This document shows positions 52,201 through 61,758 of a stretch of DNA of 64,000 nucleotides, piece after piece. Every line of letters starts with the position of its first letter. Positions within the stretch are counted from its first letter, which is position 1. Source of the stretch: an uncultured Chloroflexia bacterium (lineage in GTDB: Bacteria; Chloroflexota; UBA6077; JACCZL01); contig CAVXYC010000029.1 in the NCBI GenBank assembly GCA_963765765.1, positions 1 to 64,000 on the forward strand, given 5' to 3'. A model generated the notes under the pieces. That model was not told the DNA's origin and searched no databases. It saw only the letters and a program-made list of their open reading frames with translations. Made by a program: the position numbers and the translations under genes.

Positions 52201-52891
52201 ACCCTCTGAGCCTGAGACTGACCCATCCGAGCTCCAACGAGAGGTTCGTCGCCTCAAGCGGGAGCTTTCTCGCCTGGGCCCGGTGGACGATGCGGCCCTG
52301 TCCGAATATCAGGAGCTTATCGATCGGCACGAGTTCCTGACTCAGCAGTCCGTTGATCTGGAACGAGCTTCTGAGTCATTGAAGTCCGCGATGGCGGATC
52401 TTGAGGTGCTCATCCAGGGCGGGCTCGATGCCACGCTGACCGAGGTGAACAACGCCTTTCAACGCACGTTCGAGCGGCTTTTCAAAGGCGGTGAAGCGCG
52501 TCTCGTCTGGAGCAATCCGGACGAACCAATTGCAAGTGGGATCGATATCGTGGCTCAGCCGCCGGGCAAGCGTTTGCAGCCGCTTGGCAACTTCTCGGGT
52601 GGGGAGCGAGCACTCGCAAGCGTTGCGTTGGTCTTCGCCCTGCTCCAGGTCAATCCGACGCCCTTCTGCGTTCTCGATGAGGTAGACGCGGCGCTGGATG
52701 AATCGAACGTCGGACGGTTCGCCGATATCATCCGCGAGTGGTCTTCGCGAACGCAATTCATAGTGGTCACGCATAATAGAAATACGATGGAGATCGCCGA
52801 TTCGTTGTTCGGGATCTCCATGGACACTCACGGAGTGAGTCGCGTCGTGTCGCTCAAGCTGGACCAGGTTCTGGCGGCGGCCGAGGGGTAG
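49263..52891 (+). CDS. smc: Chromosome segregation protein SMC, frameshift near 49505
   Basis: GFKSFA, GPNGSGKSN, long coiled coils, hinge, FSGGERAL, LDEVDAALD, VVTHN. Confidence 0.95.
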
Positions 52892-52898
52892 CAAGGGA

Positions 52899-53837
52899 AT
52901 GGTCTTCAATCGTTGGTTTGGATCAGACAAAGCAATAGACAAGGGTGTGGAAAAAACCCGCCAGGGCTTCTTCAGCAAAGTCGCTGAGCTCTTTACACGA
53001 GAGACGCTCGACGAGGAAATCTGGGACGATCTGGAGGAAGCGCTTCTGGGGGCCGACGTCGGCGTTCAGACGACCGATGAAATTCTCGAAACGCTTCGGC
53101 GTCAGGTGGATTCCGGATCAATCCGCACTAACTCGGAATTGAAACAGGCTCTCCAGCAAGCTCTCGTCGACCTGCTGAGCAGTGAAGCCGAGTCCCAACC
53201 GTTGCTGGTGGATGGACTCAACGTTGTGCTGATCGTTGGCGTCAACGGAGTAGGCAAGACAACGAGCATCGTCAAGTTGGCGAATCTCTGGACTCAGGAA
53301 GGTCACAAGGTTCTGCTTGCCGGCGGAGACACGTTTCGCGCCGCGGCAATCGAACAGCTGAAAATCTGGGGCGATAGAGCCGATGTGATGGTGGTAGCCC
53401 ACCAGCCAGGCGCCGATCCAGGCGCAGTCGTATTCGACGCCATCACCGCGGCCAAAGCTCGTGGCGCGAACATCGTTCTGGTTGACACGGCCGGCAGGCT
53501 CCATACGAAAACCAACTTGATGGAAGAGCTCCGCAAGATTCGCCGTGTGATCGATCGGCATGGAGCGGAGCGAATTTCGTCGATACTGGTACTCGACGCG
53601 ACAACTGGACAGAACGCCATCTCGCAGGCAAAGAATTTCCGTGACGCGTCAGGTTTGGACGGGATCATCCTGACAAAGCTCGACGGGACTGCCCGAGGCG
53701 GCGTGATCTTTCCAATCGTACGCGAACTGAACCTGCCGATTCTTTACATCGGCACTGGCGAGACGCTCGAGGATATTTCTTCGTTTGAGCCCCAAGCGTT
53801 TGTCTCCGCTCTGCTGAAGGAGCCCAACCGTGTTTGA
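52899..53837 (+). CDS. ftsY: SRP receptor
   Basis: GVNGVGKTT, DTFRAAA, DTAGRLH, TKLDGTARGG. Confidence 0.97.
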   Translation: MVFNRWFGSDKAIDKGVEKTRQGFFSKVAELFTRETLDEEIWDDLEEALLGADVGVQTTDEILETLRRQVDSGSIRTNSELKQALQQALVDLLSSEAESQPLLVDGLNVVLIVGVNGVGKTTSIVKLANLWTQEGHKVLLAGGDTFRAAAIEQLKIWGDRADVMVVAHQPGADPGAVVFDAITAAKARGANIVLVDTAGRLHTKTNLMEELRKIRRVIDRHGAERISSILVLDATTGQNAISQAKNFRDASGLDGIILTKLDGTARGGVIFPIVRELNLPILYIGTGETLEDISSFEPQAFVSALLKEPNRV

Positions 53838-55170
53838 CAACCTCTCTGACAAGCTTCAGGACGTCTTCAATCGGCTTGGGCGCAAGGGCAAGCTCACCGA
53901 ACAGGATGTGGACGAGGCGCTCCGTGAAGTGCGCGTTGCGCTCCTGGAAGCGGACGTCAACTTCAAAGTCGTTCGGCAGTTCGTCGCGGCGATTCGTGAG
54001 AAGGCGGTCGGCTCCGAGGTGCTCGAAAGCCTGACACCCGCGCAACAAGTCGTCAAGATTGTTCACGATCAGCTTCAAGAGATGCTCGGTGGAGAGTCTG
54101 TGGGCCTGGCCACGTCGTCAAGCCCTCCAGTGGTGATCATGCTGGTCGGCCTACAGGGCTCGGGCAAGACGACCACGAGCGCGAAGCTGGGACTGATGCT
54201 CAAGAAGCAGGGCAAACGGCCGCTTCTTGTGGCTGCCGATCCCTACCGGCCCGCGGCCGTGGAGCAGCTCGAGATTCTCGCTGGACAGCTCGAGCTGCCG
54301 ATCCTCAGTGACTTGAAGAAACGCCCTCCAGATCTTGCTCAGATGGCAGTGTCTCAGGCGAAATCGCAGGGGCTGACGCACGTCATCATCGATACCGCGG
54401 GACGCCTGCACGTCGATGAAGCCATGATGTCAGAGGTCGCTGAGATCAAGCGGCGAGTCAATGCCGACGATGTCCTGTTTGTGGCAGACGCTATGACGGG
54501 CCAGGACGCCGTAAACGCCGCGGCGTCCTTCAACGACTCCGTGGGCGTAACTGGCGCGATTCTGACCAAGCTCGACGGTGACGCTCGTGGCGGCGCGGCG
54601 CTCTCGCTTCGGTCGGTGACAGGCGTTCCCATCAAGTTCATGGGCGTAAGTGAGCGACCGGACGGCCTGGAGCCGTTCCATCCCGACCGAATGTCGTCGC
54701 GAATTCTCGGCATGGGTGACGTGCTCACACTCATCGAGCGCGCTCAATCGACTGTGGACGAGGGACGTGCGGAAGAGCTGGAGAAGAAATTCCGTACGAA
54801 TACGTTCGATTTGAACGATTTTCTGGATCAGCTTCAGCAGGTCCGCAAGATGGGGCCGTTGGATCAAATCCTGGGCATGATCCCGGGTTTATCACAAGCT
54901 ATGCGTGGCTCTCAGATGCCCACGATTGAAGACAAGCAAATCAAGCGGGTTGAGGCGATCATTCTCTCGATGACACCGACCGAGCGAGCACGCCCGGAGA
55001 TCATCGGTGGGAGTCGCAAGCGAAGAATTGCCAAAGGGAGCGGTACGACGCCGACAGATATTAACCAGCTTCTGAACCAGTTCAAACAAATGCAGAAGAT
55101 GATGAAGGCCATGTCTAGCGGCCGCATGCCCGCGGGAATGGGCGGCCTGATGCCCGGAATACGTCGCTGA
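53830..55170 (+). CDS. ffh: Signal recognition particle protein
   Basis: ALLEADV, GLQGSGKTT, DTAGR, TKLDGDARGG, M-domain RRIAKGSG. Confidence 0.97.
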   Translation: MFDNLSDKLQDVFNRLGRKGKLTEQDVDEALREVRVALLEADVNFKVVRQFVAAIREKAVGSEVLESLTPAQQVVKIVHDQLQEMLGGESVGLATSSSPPVVIMLVGLQGSGKTTTSAKLGLMLKKQGKRPLLVAADPYRPAAVEQLEILAGQLELPILSDLKKRPPDLAQMAVSQAKSQGLTHVIIDTAGRLHVDEAMMSEVAEIKRRVNADDVLFVADAMTGQDAVNAAASFNDSVGVTGAILTKLDGDARGGAALSLRSVTGVPIKFMGVSERPDGLEPFHPDRMSSRILGMGDVLTLIERAQSTVDEGRAEELEKKFRTNTFDLNDFLDQLQQVRKMGPLDQILGMIPGLSQAMRGSQMPTIEDKQIKRVEAIILSMTPTERARPEIIGGSRKRRIAKGSGTTPTDINQLLNQFKQMQKMMKAMSSGRMPAGMGGLMPGIRR

Positions 55171-55183
55171 CGTGGTGCAAAAA

Positions 55184-55215
55184 CGGGTTACAATCGGGTT
55201 ACGAGCGAGTATAAT
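55184..55215 (+). promoter_or_regulatory. Promoter with GTTAC-N6-GTTAC repeat over the -35 region and TATAAT -10
   Basis: CGGGTTACAATCGGGTTACGAGCGAGTATAAT. Confidence 0.65.
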
Positions 55216-55506
55216 GGCGACAGCACTAAGGGAGCGTGGTCGGGACAGGCGTGACCGATAAAGCCCGCGTGATCGCTCAAACGCTGTCGACCACCAGCCC
55301 AATATCCTCCACACAATGGCGTGATGGAGTTTCGAGGACGCGCCAGGTCCGCGTCCATCATCACCTCAAACTTACATACGATCCTGTCAACGTGCCTAAG
55401 CGCTGAGCTTCCGGCGTAAAACACTTCATGCCGCTCGCTCGTGCAATCACCGCACGACGTGATCGCTTGGGTGTAGCTCGTAAGAGCGGTGCGTAAGAGA
55501 AAGGCG

Positions 55507-56820
55507 ATGGATTCGATGAAGAACGCAGTGCGTCTGGCTCCTGTGGGTAAACGGGTCCCTGCGGATTCCAAACACAAGAGCTCTCTGACGCAACAGGCGA
55601 GCGCGCGCTTGGCTACCGAACGCGAAGACCGCCGCAATCAGCTCCTAGAGATCGCCCGCACCCGCGGGTACGTCACTGTTGAAGATCTTATGGAAATTGC
55701 GCCCCCAGGCGAGCTCGACATCGACGAAGTTCGCGAGATCCTCGAGGAAGCAGGGATTGAGCTGCTCGAGTCTGACGATGAAGAAGAGGACACTCCCCCG
55801 CCGACAACGCTCGGATGGACGGAGGGCTCGGATCTCACCGCGGAATCGGTAGATGCCGCGGGTACCGAAGAGCGTGTGCTCATTCGCGCTCCGTTTCTCG
55901 AGGCTGAGGAGCTTGTACCCGAGACCCCCGCGGCTATCTATTTGCGGGACATCAGCCGTGTACCCTTACTCACGGCTGAGGAAGAGGTGCAGCTCGCCAA
56001 GGAGCTCGAATCGGGCGAGCTTGCAAAGGTCTCACTCGTTGATGTTGTGGATGACGAAAGCGAGCGGGATCACCTCGATGCCAACGTTGTTGTTGGAGAG
56101 AAGGCGCGTAAGCGACTTACGGAATCCAACCTGCGACTGGTGGTCAGTGTGGCGCGCAAGTACATGGGCCGTGGACTGCCCCTGCTGGATCTGATCCAGG
56201 AGGGCAATATCGGTCTCGGACGCGCAGTCGAGAAGTACGACTACACCAAGGGCTACCGCTTTAGCACGTACGCCTACTGGTGGATTCGTCAGGCCGTCAC
56301 CCGTGCGATTGCCGACCAGGCGCGCACGGTGCGCGTACCGGTGCACATGATCGAGCTCATCGGTGACGTCTACAAGGCCGCCCGCGATCTCCAGCAAACT
56401 CTCGGCCGCGAGCCCAACCCGGACGAGATTGCCGAGCACATGGAGACAACTGGCGAGCGTGTACGGCAGATCCTGCGGGCGGCGCGCCAGCCGATCTCGC
56501 TGGAGACGCCCGTCGGTGAAGAGGAAGAGTCCACCATCGCGGACTTCGTGGCCGACAAGTCGGCTCGCGCCCCTCTGGAAGCCGCGTCCGAAGCGATGCT
56601 GAAGGATCACGTGGAGGACGCGCTCCAGGAGCTCACTCCTCGCGAGCGGCAGGTGCTGCGGATGCGATTCGGTCTTCACGACGGTCGCGATCGAACGCTT
56701 GGCGAGATTGGCGAGGAGCTTGGGGTGAGCCGTGAGCGCGTACGCCAGATCGAAGCCGAGGCATTGGCCAAGCTTCGACAGCCGCGACTGCGGTTGAAGT
56801 TCCGCGAATACCTTGAGTGA
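55507..56820 (+). CDS. RpoD/SigA-family sigma-70 factor (group 1 or group 2-like)
   Basis: Region 1.1-like RGYVTVEDL, 1.2 YLRDISRVPLL, region 2 DLIQEGNIGL...STYAYWWIRQA, 4.2 VSRERVRQIE. Confidence 0.93.
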   Translation: MDSMKNAVRLAPVGKRVPADSKHKSSLTQQASARLATEREDRRNQLLEIARTRGYVTVEDLMEIAPPGELDIDEVREILEEAGIELLESDDEEEDTPPPTTLGWTEGSDLTAESVDAAGTEERVLIRAPFLEAEELVPETPAAIYLRDISRVPLLTAEEEVQLAKELESGELAKVSLVDVVDDESERDHLDANVVVGEKARKRLTESNLRLVVSVARKYMGRGLPLLDLIQEGNIGLGRAVEKYDYTKGYRFSTYAYWWIRQAVTRAIADQARTVRVPVHMIELIGDVYKAARDLQQTLGREPNPDEIAEHMETTGERVRQILRAARQPISLETPVGEEEESTIADFVADKSARAPLEAASEAMLKDHVEDALQELTPRERQVLRMRFGLHDGRDRTLGEIGEELGVSRERVRQIEAEALAKLRQPRLRLKFREYLE

Positions 56821-56847
56821 TTTCGGCCTCGCGCTGAGATGAACACG

Positions 56848-56882
56848 AACCCCCGGGTTAATTCAGCCGGGGGTTTTGTTTT
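56848..56882 (+). terminator. Intrinsic terminator after the sigma gene
   Basis: AACCCCCGG...CCGGGGGTT followed by TTGTTTT. Confidence 0.75.
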
Positions 56883-56916
56883 CAGATCGATCTCACTCAG
56901 CACCGCCCGTTACCCG

Positions 56917-57011
56917 CCGAGCCGCGCACGCGAGTAAGCGGTTTCTCTCGCACCCACAGCGGTCTTGCATATCGGCGCGAGAGAAACCGCTTACTCGCGT
57001 GCGCGGCTCGG
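56917..57011. repeat. REP-like palindromic doublet (35-bp perfect inverted arms, 25-bp spacer)
   Basis: CCGAGCCGCGCACGCGAGTAAGCGGTTTCTCTCGC (56917-56951) has its exact reverse complement at 56977-57011. Confidence 0.88.
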
Positions 57012-57147
57012 TTGATGGTTGGTGGGTTCTCGTGGGCTGGAATTGTCCGCGAGAGGAGTCGCATCCCGTGAGGGTGCGGCTCCGTCGTGAGTTGTGGTTG
57101 CCGGAAGGGCTGACGATCTGGTCTCGGAACTGGTACAAAAAGGTACC

Positions 57148-57994
57148 GTGTCTCCTTCAACGAAGCCTGCCGTTGGCGCACGCTCAGCGAAATCCCCGAA
57201 GCCGGCGTTCGGCTCGACGTTGCGCTCGTCGAACGCGCCCTGGCGCCATCTCGAGAGCGCGCTCAGGCGCTCATTCTGGCGGGAGTGGTCCGGGTGGACG
57301 GGGAGACGGAACGACGCGCATCACGACCGGTCGGCTCCGAGCGCGCTCTATCGATCGATGAGCCTGCTCGGTTCGTCAGCCGCGGCGGTTTGAAGCTCGA
57401 GCGGGCGCTCGATACGTTCGAAATTGACGTAACGAGCAAGGTTTGTCTGGACGCGGGCGCATCAACCGGTGGATTCGTCGACTGTCTACTCCAGCGTGGC
57501 GCGTCGCGCGTGTACGCGGTCGATGTCGGGTACGGGCAGCTAGACTGGCGGTTGCGCAGCGATCCGCGGGTCGTCGTCATGGAGCGCGTCAATGCTCGAT
57601 ATCTGGATGCGCTTCCAGAACCGGCAGGTACCGTGACTGCTGACGTTTCGTTCATCTCGCTTCGCCTGGTGCTTACCAGCGCTGCGCCGTGTGGCGACCC
57701 CTGAAGCACCGATCATCACGTTAATCAAGCCGCAGTTCGAAGCAGGCCGGGATGCTGTGGGAAAAGGTGGTGTTGTGCGCGAGGCGACGGACCATGTTCA
57801 GGTGATACAGGGCCTTGCTGACTGGGGCGAACAATGTGGCGAGCGTCTCGTGCGGCTCGATTACTCACCGGTGAGAGGGCCGCGGAAATATTGAGTTTCT
57901 TGGACTCTGGACCAGCAAACCAGGTGAGCCATCGGTATCGACGGCACGCATCGAGCTGTTGGTACTCGAGGCGCATCGGAGTTTGATCGGGTGA
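57148..57994 (+). CDS. tlyA: TlyA-family rRNA 2'-O-methyltransferase, several frameshifts; start approximate
   Basis: RLDVALVER, SRERAQALILAG, FVSRGGLKL, DAGASTGGF, DVSFISL, LIKPQFEAG, GNIEFL. Confidence 0.9.
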
Positions 57995-58794
57995 GTCGCA
58001 TTGCACTGGTGTTTCAGCCGTTCAAGCAGGACGCGGTGAAGATGGCCGAAGAGGCGGCGGTGTGGCTGAAGGAGCGATGCCATAAGGCGACGTTGTTTCC
58101 GGCGTTTGACCTTGATGCCGAATGTCCTAAGGACACGACCCTGGTCATCGCGTTTGGTGGTGATGGAACCACACTGCGTGCCGCGCGCTGGTTCGCAGAC
58201 ACAGCGACGCCCGTCCTTAGCGTTCGCATGGGAACGTTGAGCTTTCTCGGTGAAGTAGACCCCAGCGAGCTCTTCACGGTTCTCCCCAGTTACCTGGAAG
58301 GTGACTACTGGATTGAAGAGCGAGCCATGCTCGAGGGTCACTTCGATGGTCAGACCGCATATGCGCTAAACGACATCGTGGTCGCACGGGGTGGCGCACT
58401 TCGAGCTGTGCGTGTCGACGTAGCCGTTGATGATGAGCACGTTACTCGTTACCTGGCAGACGGCATCATCGTTTCGACCGCCACGGGATCTACGGCCTAC
58501 TCACTCGCGGCAGGCGGCCCAGTAGTTGCGCCAGAGCTCAGATGTATGGTTCTGACGCCTATTGCTCCTCATTTGAATGTTTTGCACAGCATGGTGGTCG
58601 GAGAATCCTCAACCATCCAGCTCACGCCGCTACCAGGGCAGCAGGCTCTTCTAACCGTGGACGGCCAGGAGGATGTTCCGTTGGCGCCAGACATGGCCGT
58701 CAGCGTGAAGCTGGCGGACCGTCAGACCCGATTTGCCCGTCGCGGCCCACGCGGGGTCTTTTATCGATCGATCGCAGCAAAACTTCATCGGTAG
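57991..58794 (+). CDS. nadK: NAD kinase
   Basis: FGGDGT, ALNDIV, ADGIIVSTATGSTAYSLAAGGP. Confidence 0.95.
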   Translation: MSRIALVFQPFKQDAVKMAEEAAVWLKERCHKATLFPAFDLDAECPKDTTLVIAFGGDGTTLRAARWFADTATPVLSVRMGTLSFLGEVDPSELFTVLPSYLEGDYWIEERAMLEGHFDGQTAYALNDIVVARGGALRAVRVDVAVDDEHVTRYLADGIIVSTATGSTAYSLAAGGPVVAPELRCMVLTPIAPHLNVLHSMVVGESSTIQLTPLPGQQALLTVDGQEDVPLAPDMAVSVKLADRQTRFARRGPRGVFYRSIAAKLHR

Positions 58795-58803
58795 TATGGG
58801 ATC

Positions 58804-60589
58804 GTGCTGACTGACCTATCCGTCAGCAACTTCGCGATTGTTGATCGATTAACGCTTTCCTGGGACAAGCGGCTTCACTGTGATTACGGGTGAGACCGGC
58901 GCGGGCAAGTCAATCATTGTTGATGCCATCGGGGCTCTCATTGGCGGCCGTGTCTATCCAGACATGGTTCATGCGGGCGCCAACCGAGCTACCGTTGAGG
59001 GCGTATTCGATCTGGAGCCAGATTCGGCCGCTTGGACTCAGATTTCAACGATTCTGAGTGAGCATGGTATTGAGTCGGAAGACACTTCAGTCATCATCAC
59101 TCGTGAGATTGCCACGGGCAACGGCCGCGGAGTAAGCCGCATCAACGGCCGTGCAGTGCCCTTATCAGTGGTTCAGCGCGTGGGTGAGTGGTTAGTGGAT
59201 ATTCACGGTCAGAGCGAGCATCTCTCATTGCTCCGAGCACGAGAGCAGTTAGAGCTTCTCGATCGATACGCTCGATTGTTACCTCTTCGACAGCAGATGG
59301 CGACCGTAGTACGTGACCTTCGTCGTGTGCGATCGGAACGATCGCTGTTGGAGGAAGAGATGCGTCGGGCTCGTCGCGAGGAATCTCTGCTGCGACATGA
59401 GGTCACCGAGATCGAGGCGGCAAACCTGGATCCGGACGAAGAGGCGACGCTCCAGTCCAGTCGCCAGCGCCTGAGAAACGCGGAAAGGCTGCAGACGGCC
59501 CTGACCTCCGCGGTTGCGTTGCTCAGCGGCGAGGAAGAGCGGCTCGGCGCGGTGGAGCTCATCGGTCAGGCGGCGCTCCACGTTCGAGACGCCTCGCGTC
59601 ACGACCCAGAGCTCAGTGAGGAAGCAGACTCAATTGCCACGGTCTCAGCCCAAGCCGAAGACGTCCTTGGAGCGCTTGCCGCGTATCTCGAGCGGCTTGC
59701 CGAAGATGCCGGCGAGCTGGAATCAGTTGAAGAGCGGGCTCTCCTGATTGCCGATCTGAAGCGAAAATACAGCGATTCGGTGGTCGGAATTCTGGAGTAT
59801 TTGGAGGAAGCTCGCGATCGACTTACGCGCCTGGAGCATCACGACGCTCTGATCGATGAGCTCAGCGATCGAGAGATGACGTTGAGAGAGCAGGCGTCCT
59901 CAATTGCCTCGGACCTCAGCAGGCAGCGTCAACAAGCCGCGGAGCGGCTCGCTGAGGCGATCAAAACCGAGCTTGATGACCTTGGCCTCCGGGGCACGAC
60001 CATGGAGGTCAAGTTCGCACGAGAACCAACTGACGATGGTCTGAAGGTCGACATCGGCGGCAGCTCTGGGCGATACAGCTTCGATGAGACGGGTGTGGAG
60101 CACGCGGAGCTACTCATTGCACCAAATCCCGGCGAGCCGCCCAGACCGCTGGCACGGATTGCCAGCGGTGGCGAGCTTGCGCGCGTCTCTCTGGCAATCA
60201 AGACCGTGCTCAGCCAGGTCGACACGAGGGCAACTTTGATCTTTGATGAGGTTGATGTCGGGGTAGGCGGCCGAAGCGCCGTTGTGGTAGGTGAAAAGCT
60301 CTGGCAGCTTACCGGACATCACCAGGTTCTGTGTATCACACACATGCCGCAGGTTGCCGCATTTGCCGATCAGCACAAACGTGTGGAAAAGAGGACCTCG
60401 CTGGACACGACCAACGTTGCGGTTTCAAATCTTGCTTCGGACGATCGAGCCGAAGAGCTTGCCGCGATGCTGGCTGGGACAGGTGCCGGGAATGCAGCTT
60501 TGGCGTCCGCGCGCGAGCTTATGGATCGAGCCACTGACCTCAAGGAAGGTTCTCAGCCGACAATCCGATCATCTAAGATGCGTCAATGA
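58804..60589 (+). CDS. recN: DNA repair protein RecN, frameshift near 58870
   Basis: NFAIVD, TGETGAGKS, IHGQSEH, IASGGELARV, FDEVDVGVGG, ITHMPQVAA. Confidence 0.95.
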
Positions 60590-61665
60590 ATGGGCGGAGC
60601 GGCGGCGTTCGATTCGCCATTGCGTTCTACGGAATCGGCCTTACGCTATTCGTCCTTTATCTTATCCGCGACGTTCTAACGCTGCTGTTTGTGGCGTGGA
60701 TCATCGCCGCGGCTCTCCGCCCCGCGGTTGACGGGCTGCAACGATGGATGCCCCGGGGCGTGGCGATCCTCATTCCCTATCTCGCACTGGTGGGCGGCGT
60801 CGCGGCTCTCGGGTTCCTCCTCGTGCCGCCATTCATCGCCCAGTTCCGTGCGCTAGCGACAAACTTTCCGCGATATCTCGACCAAGCACAGAGTACGATG
60901 AGCGTACTTGATGAGTGGCTGCGCGCCAACGGGCTTCCGTCCACCTCACTCAATGATCAAGTCGCTCAGTTGACAGGCTTTCTCAATCAGGCCGCGGGAT
61001 TCTTGATCCGTGTCCCGCTGATGGCATTGAGCGCCATACTCGGTACCTTCGCAACGGTAGCAATTGGCTACTACTGGCTGCTTTCTCGAGATCAGGCCGT
61101 GACCTGGCTGTGCCGCACACTGCGGCCCGACAATTCAGAGACCGCCAGGCGAGTGTTCGATCGTGCGGAGCTTCAAATGGGCTCGTATGTGCGTGGCCTG
61201 GTCTTTCTCGGCTTTGTCATTGGCATCGTGACGCTCATCGGACTGCTTGTACTGCGTATCCCCTACGCAATCGTGTTGGCCGTGATCGCCGGCGTCCTGG
61301 AGCTGTTACCAACAATAGGGCCCATTCTGTCCGCGGTCCCCGCGGTGCTGGTGGCCCTCACGATCTCGCCCTGGCTCGGGCTCGTCGTCGCTTTGCTTTA
61401 CCTGGCAATCCAGCAGCTCGAGAACTACATCCTGGTCCCCCGAGTGCATCAACACTCTGTGGGGCTTCCACCTCTAGTTATCCTGTTGGCAGTGCTCATC
61501 GGTAGCACAATCGGCGGCATTCCAGGAGCCATTCTGGCGGTGCCAGTGGCGGCTCTAATCGCACTCATCGTAGAAGAATGGCAGCAGCTCACAACGGATG
61601 GGCCCGGTGAGGAAGGGGCCACGACTTCGCCGATTACTGAAACGCCGATTGGTGAAACAAAGTAA
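60586..61665 (+). CDS. AI-2E family transporter
   Basis: Multiple TM helices; LELLPTIGP, QQLENYILVPRV, GAILAVP. Confidence 0.92.
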   Translation: MNGRSGGVRFAIAFYGIGLTLFVLYLIRDVLTLLFVAWIIAAALRPAVDGLQRWMPRGVAILIPYLALVGGVAALGFLLVPPFIAQFRALATNFPRYLDQAQSTMSVLDEWLRANGLPSTSLNDQVAQLTGFLNQAAGFLIRVPLMALSAILGTFATVAIGYYWLLSRDQAVTWLCRTLRPDNSETARRVFDRAELQMGSYVRGLVFLGFVIGIVTLIGLLVLRIPYAIVLAVIAGVLELLPTIGPILSAVPAVLVALTISPWLGLVVALLYLAIQQLENYILVPRVHQHSVGLPPLVILLAVLIGSTIGGIPGAILAVPVAALIALIVEEWQQLTTDGPGEEGATTSPITETPIGETK

Positions 61666-61700
61666 TGGCGCGCAGCCTTGAGAGTGCGTGCGACGGAACA

Positions 61701-61740
61701 AGGAAAAGGCGGGACGATCTAATCGCCCGCCTTTTCTTTC
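61701..61740. terminator. Bidirectional terminator between convergent genes
   Basis: AGGAAAAGGCGGG...CCCGCCTTTTCTTT. Confidence 0.8.
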
Positions 61741-61758
61741 AGTTACGACTGAATCGAC

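Noticed and set aside
49263-52891. Pseudogenes or programmed frameshifting in smc, recN, queA, tlyA, comM and tldD
   Set aside because: Shifts are widespread, no consistent slippery motif was noticed and catalytic motifs are intact; sequencing error is more parsimonious
55216-55360. SRP (4.5S) RNA or 6S RNA downstream of ffh
   Set aside because: No SRP helix-8 GGAA tetraloop with AGCAG motif and no clear 6S central bubble; kept only as an unassigned structured leader
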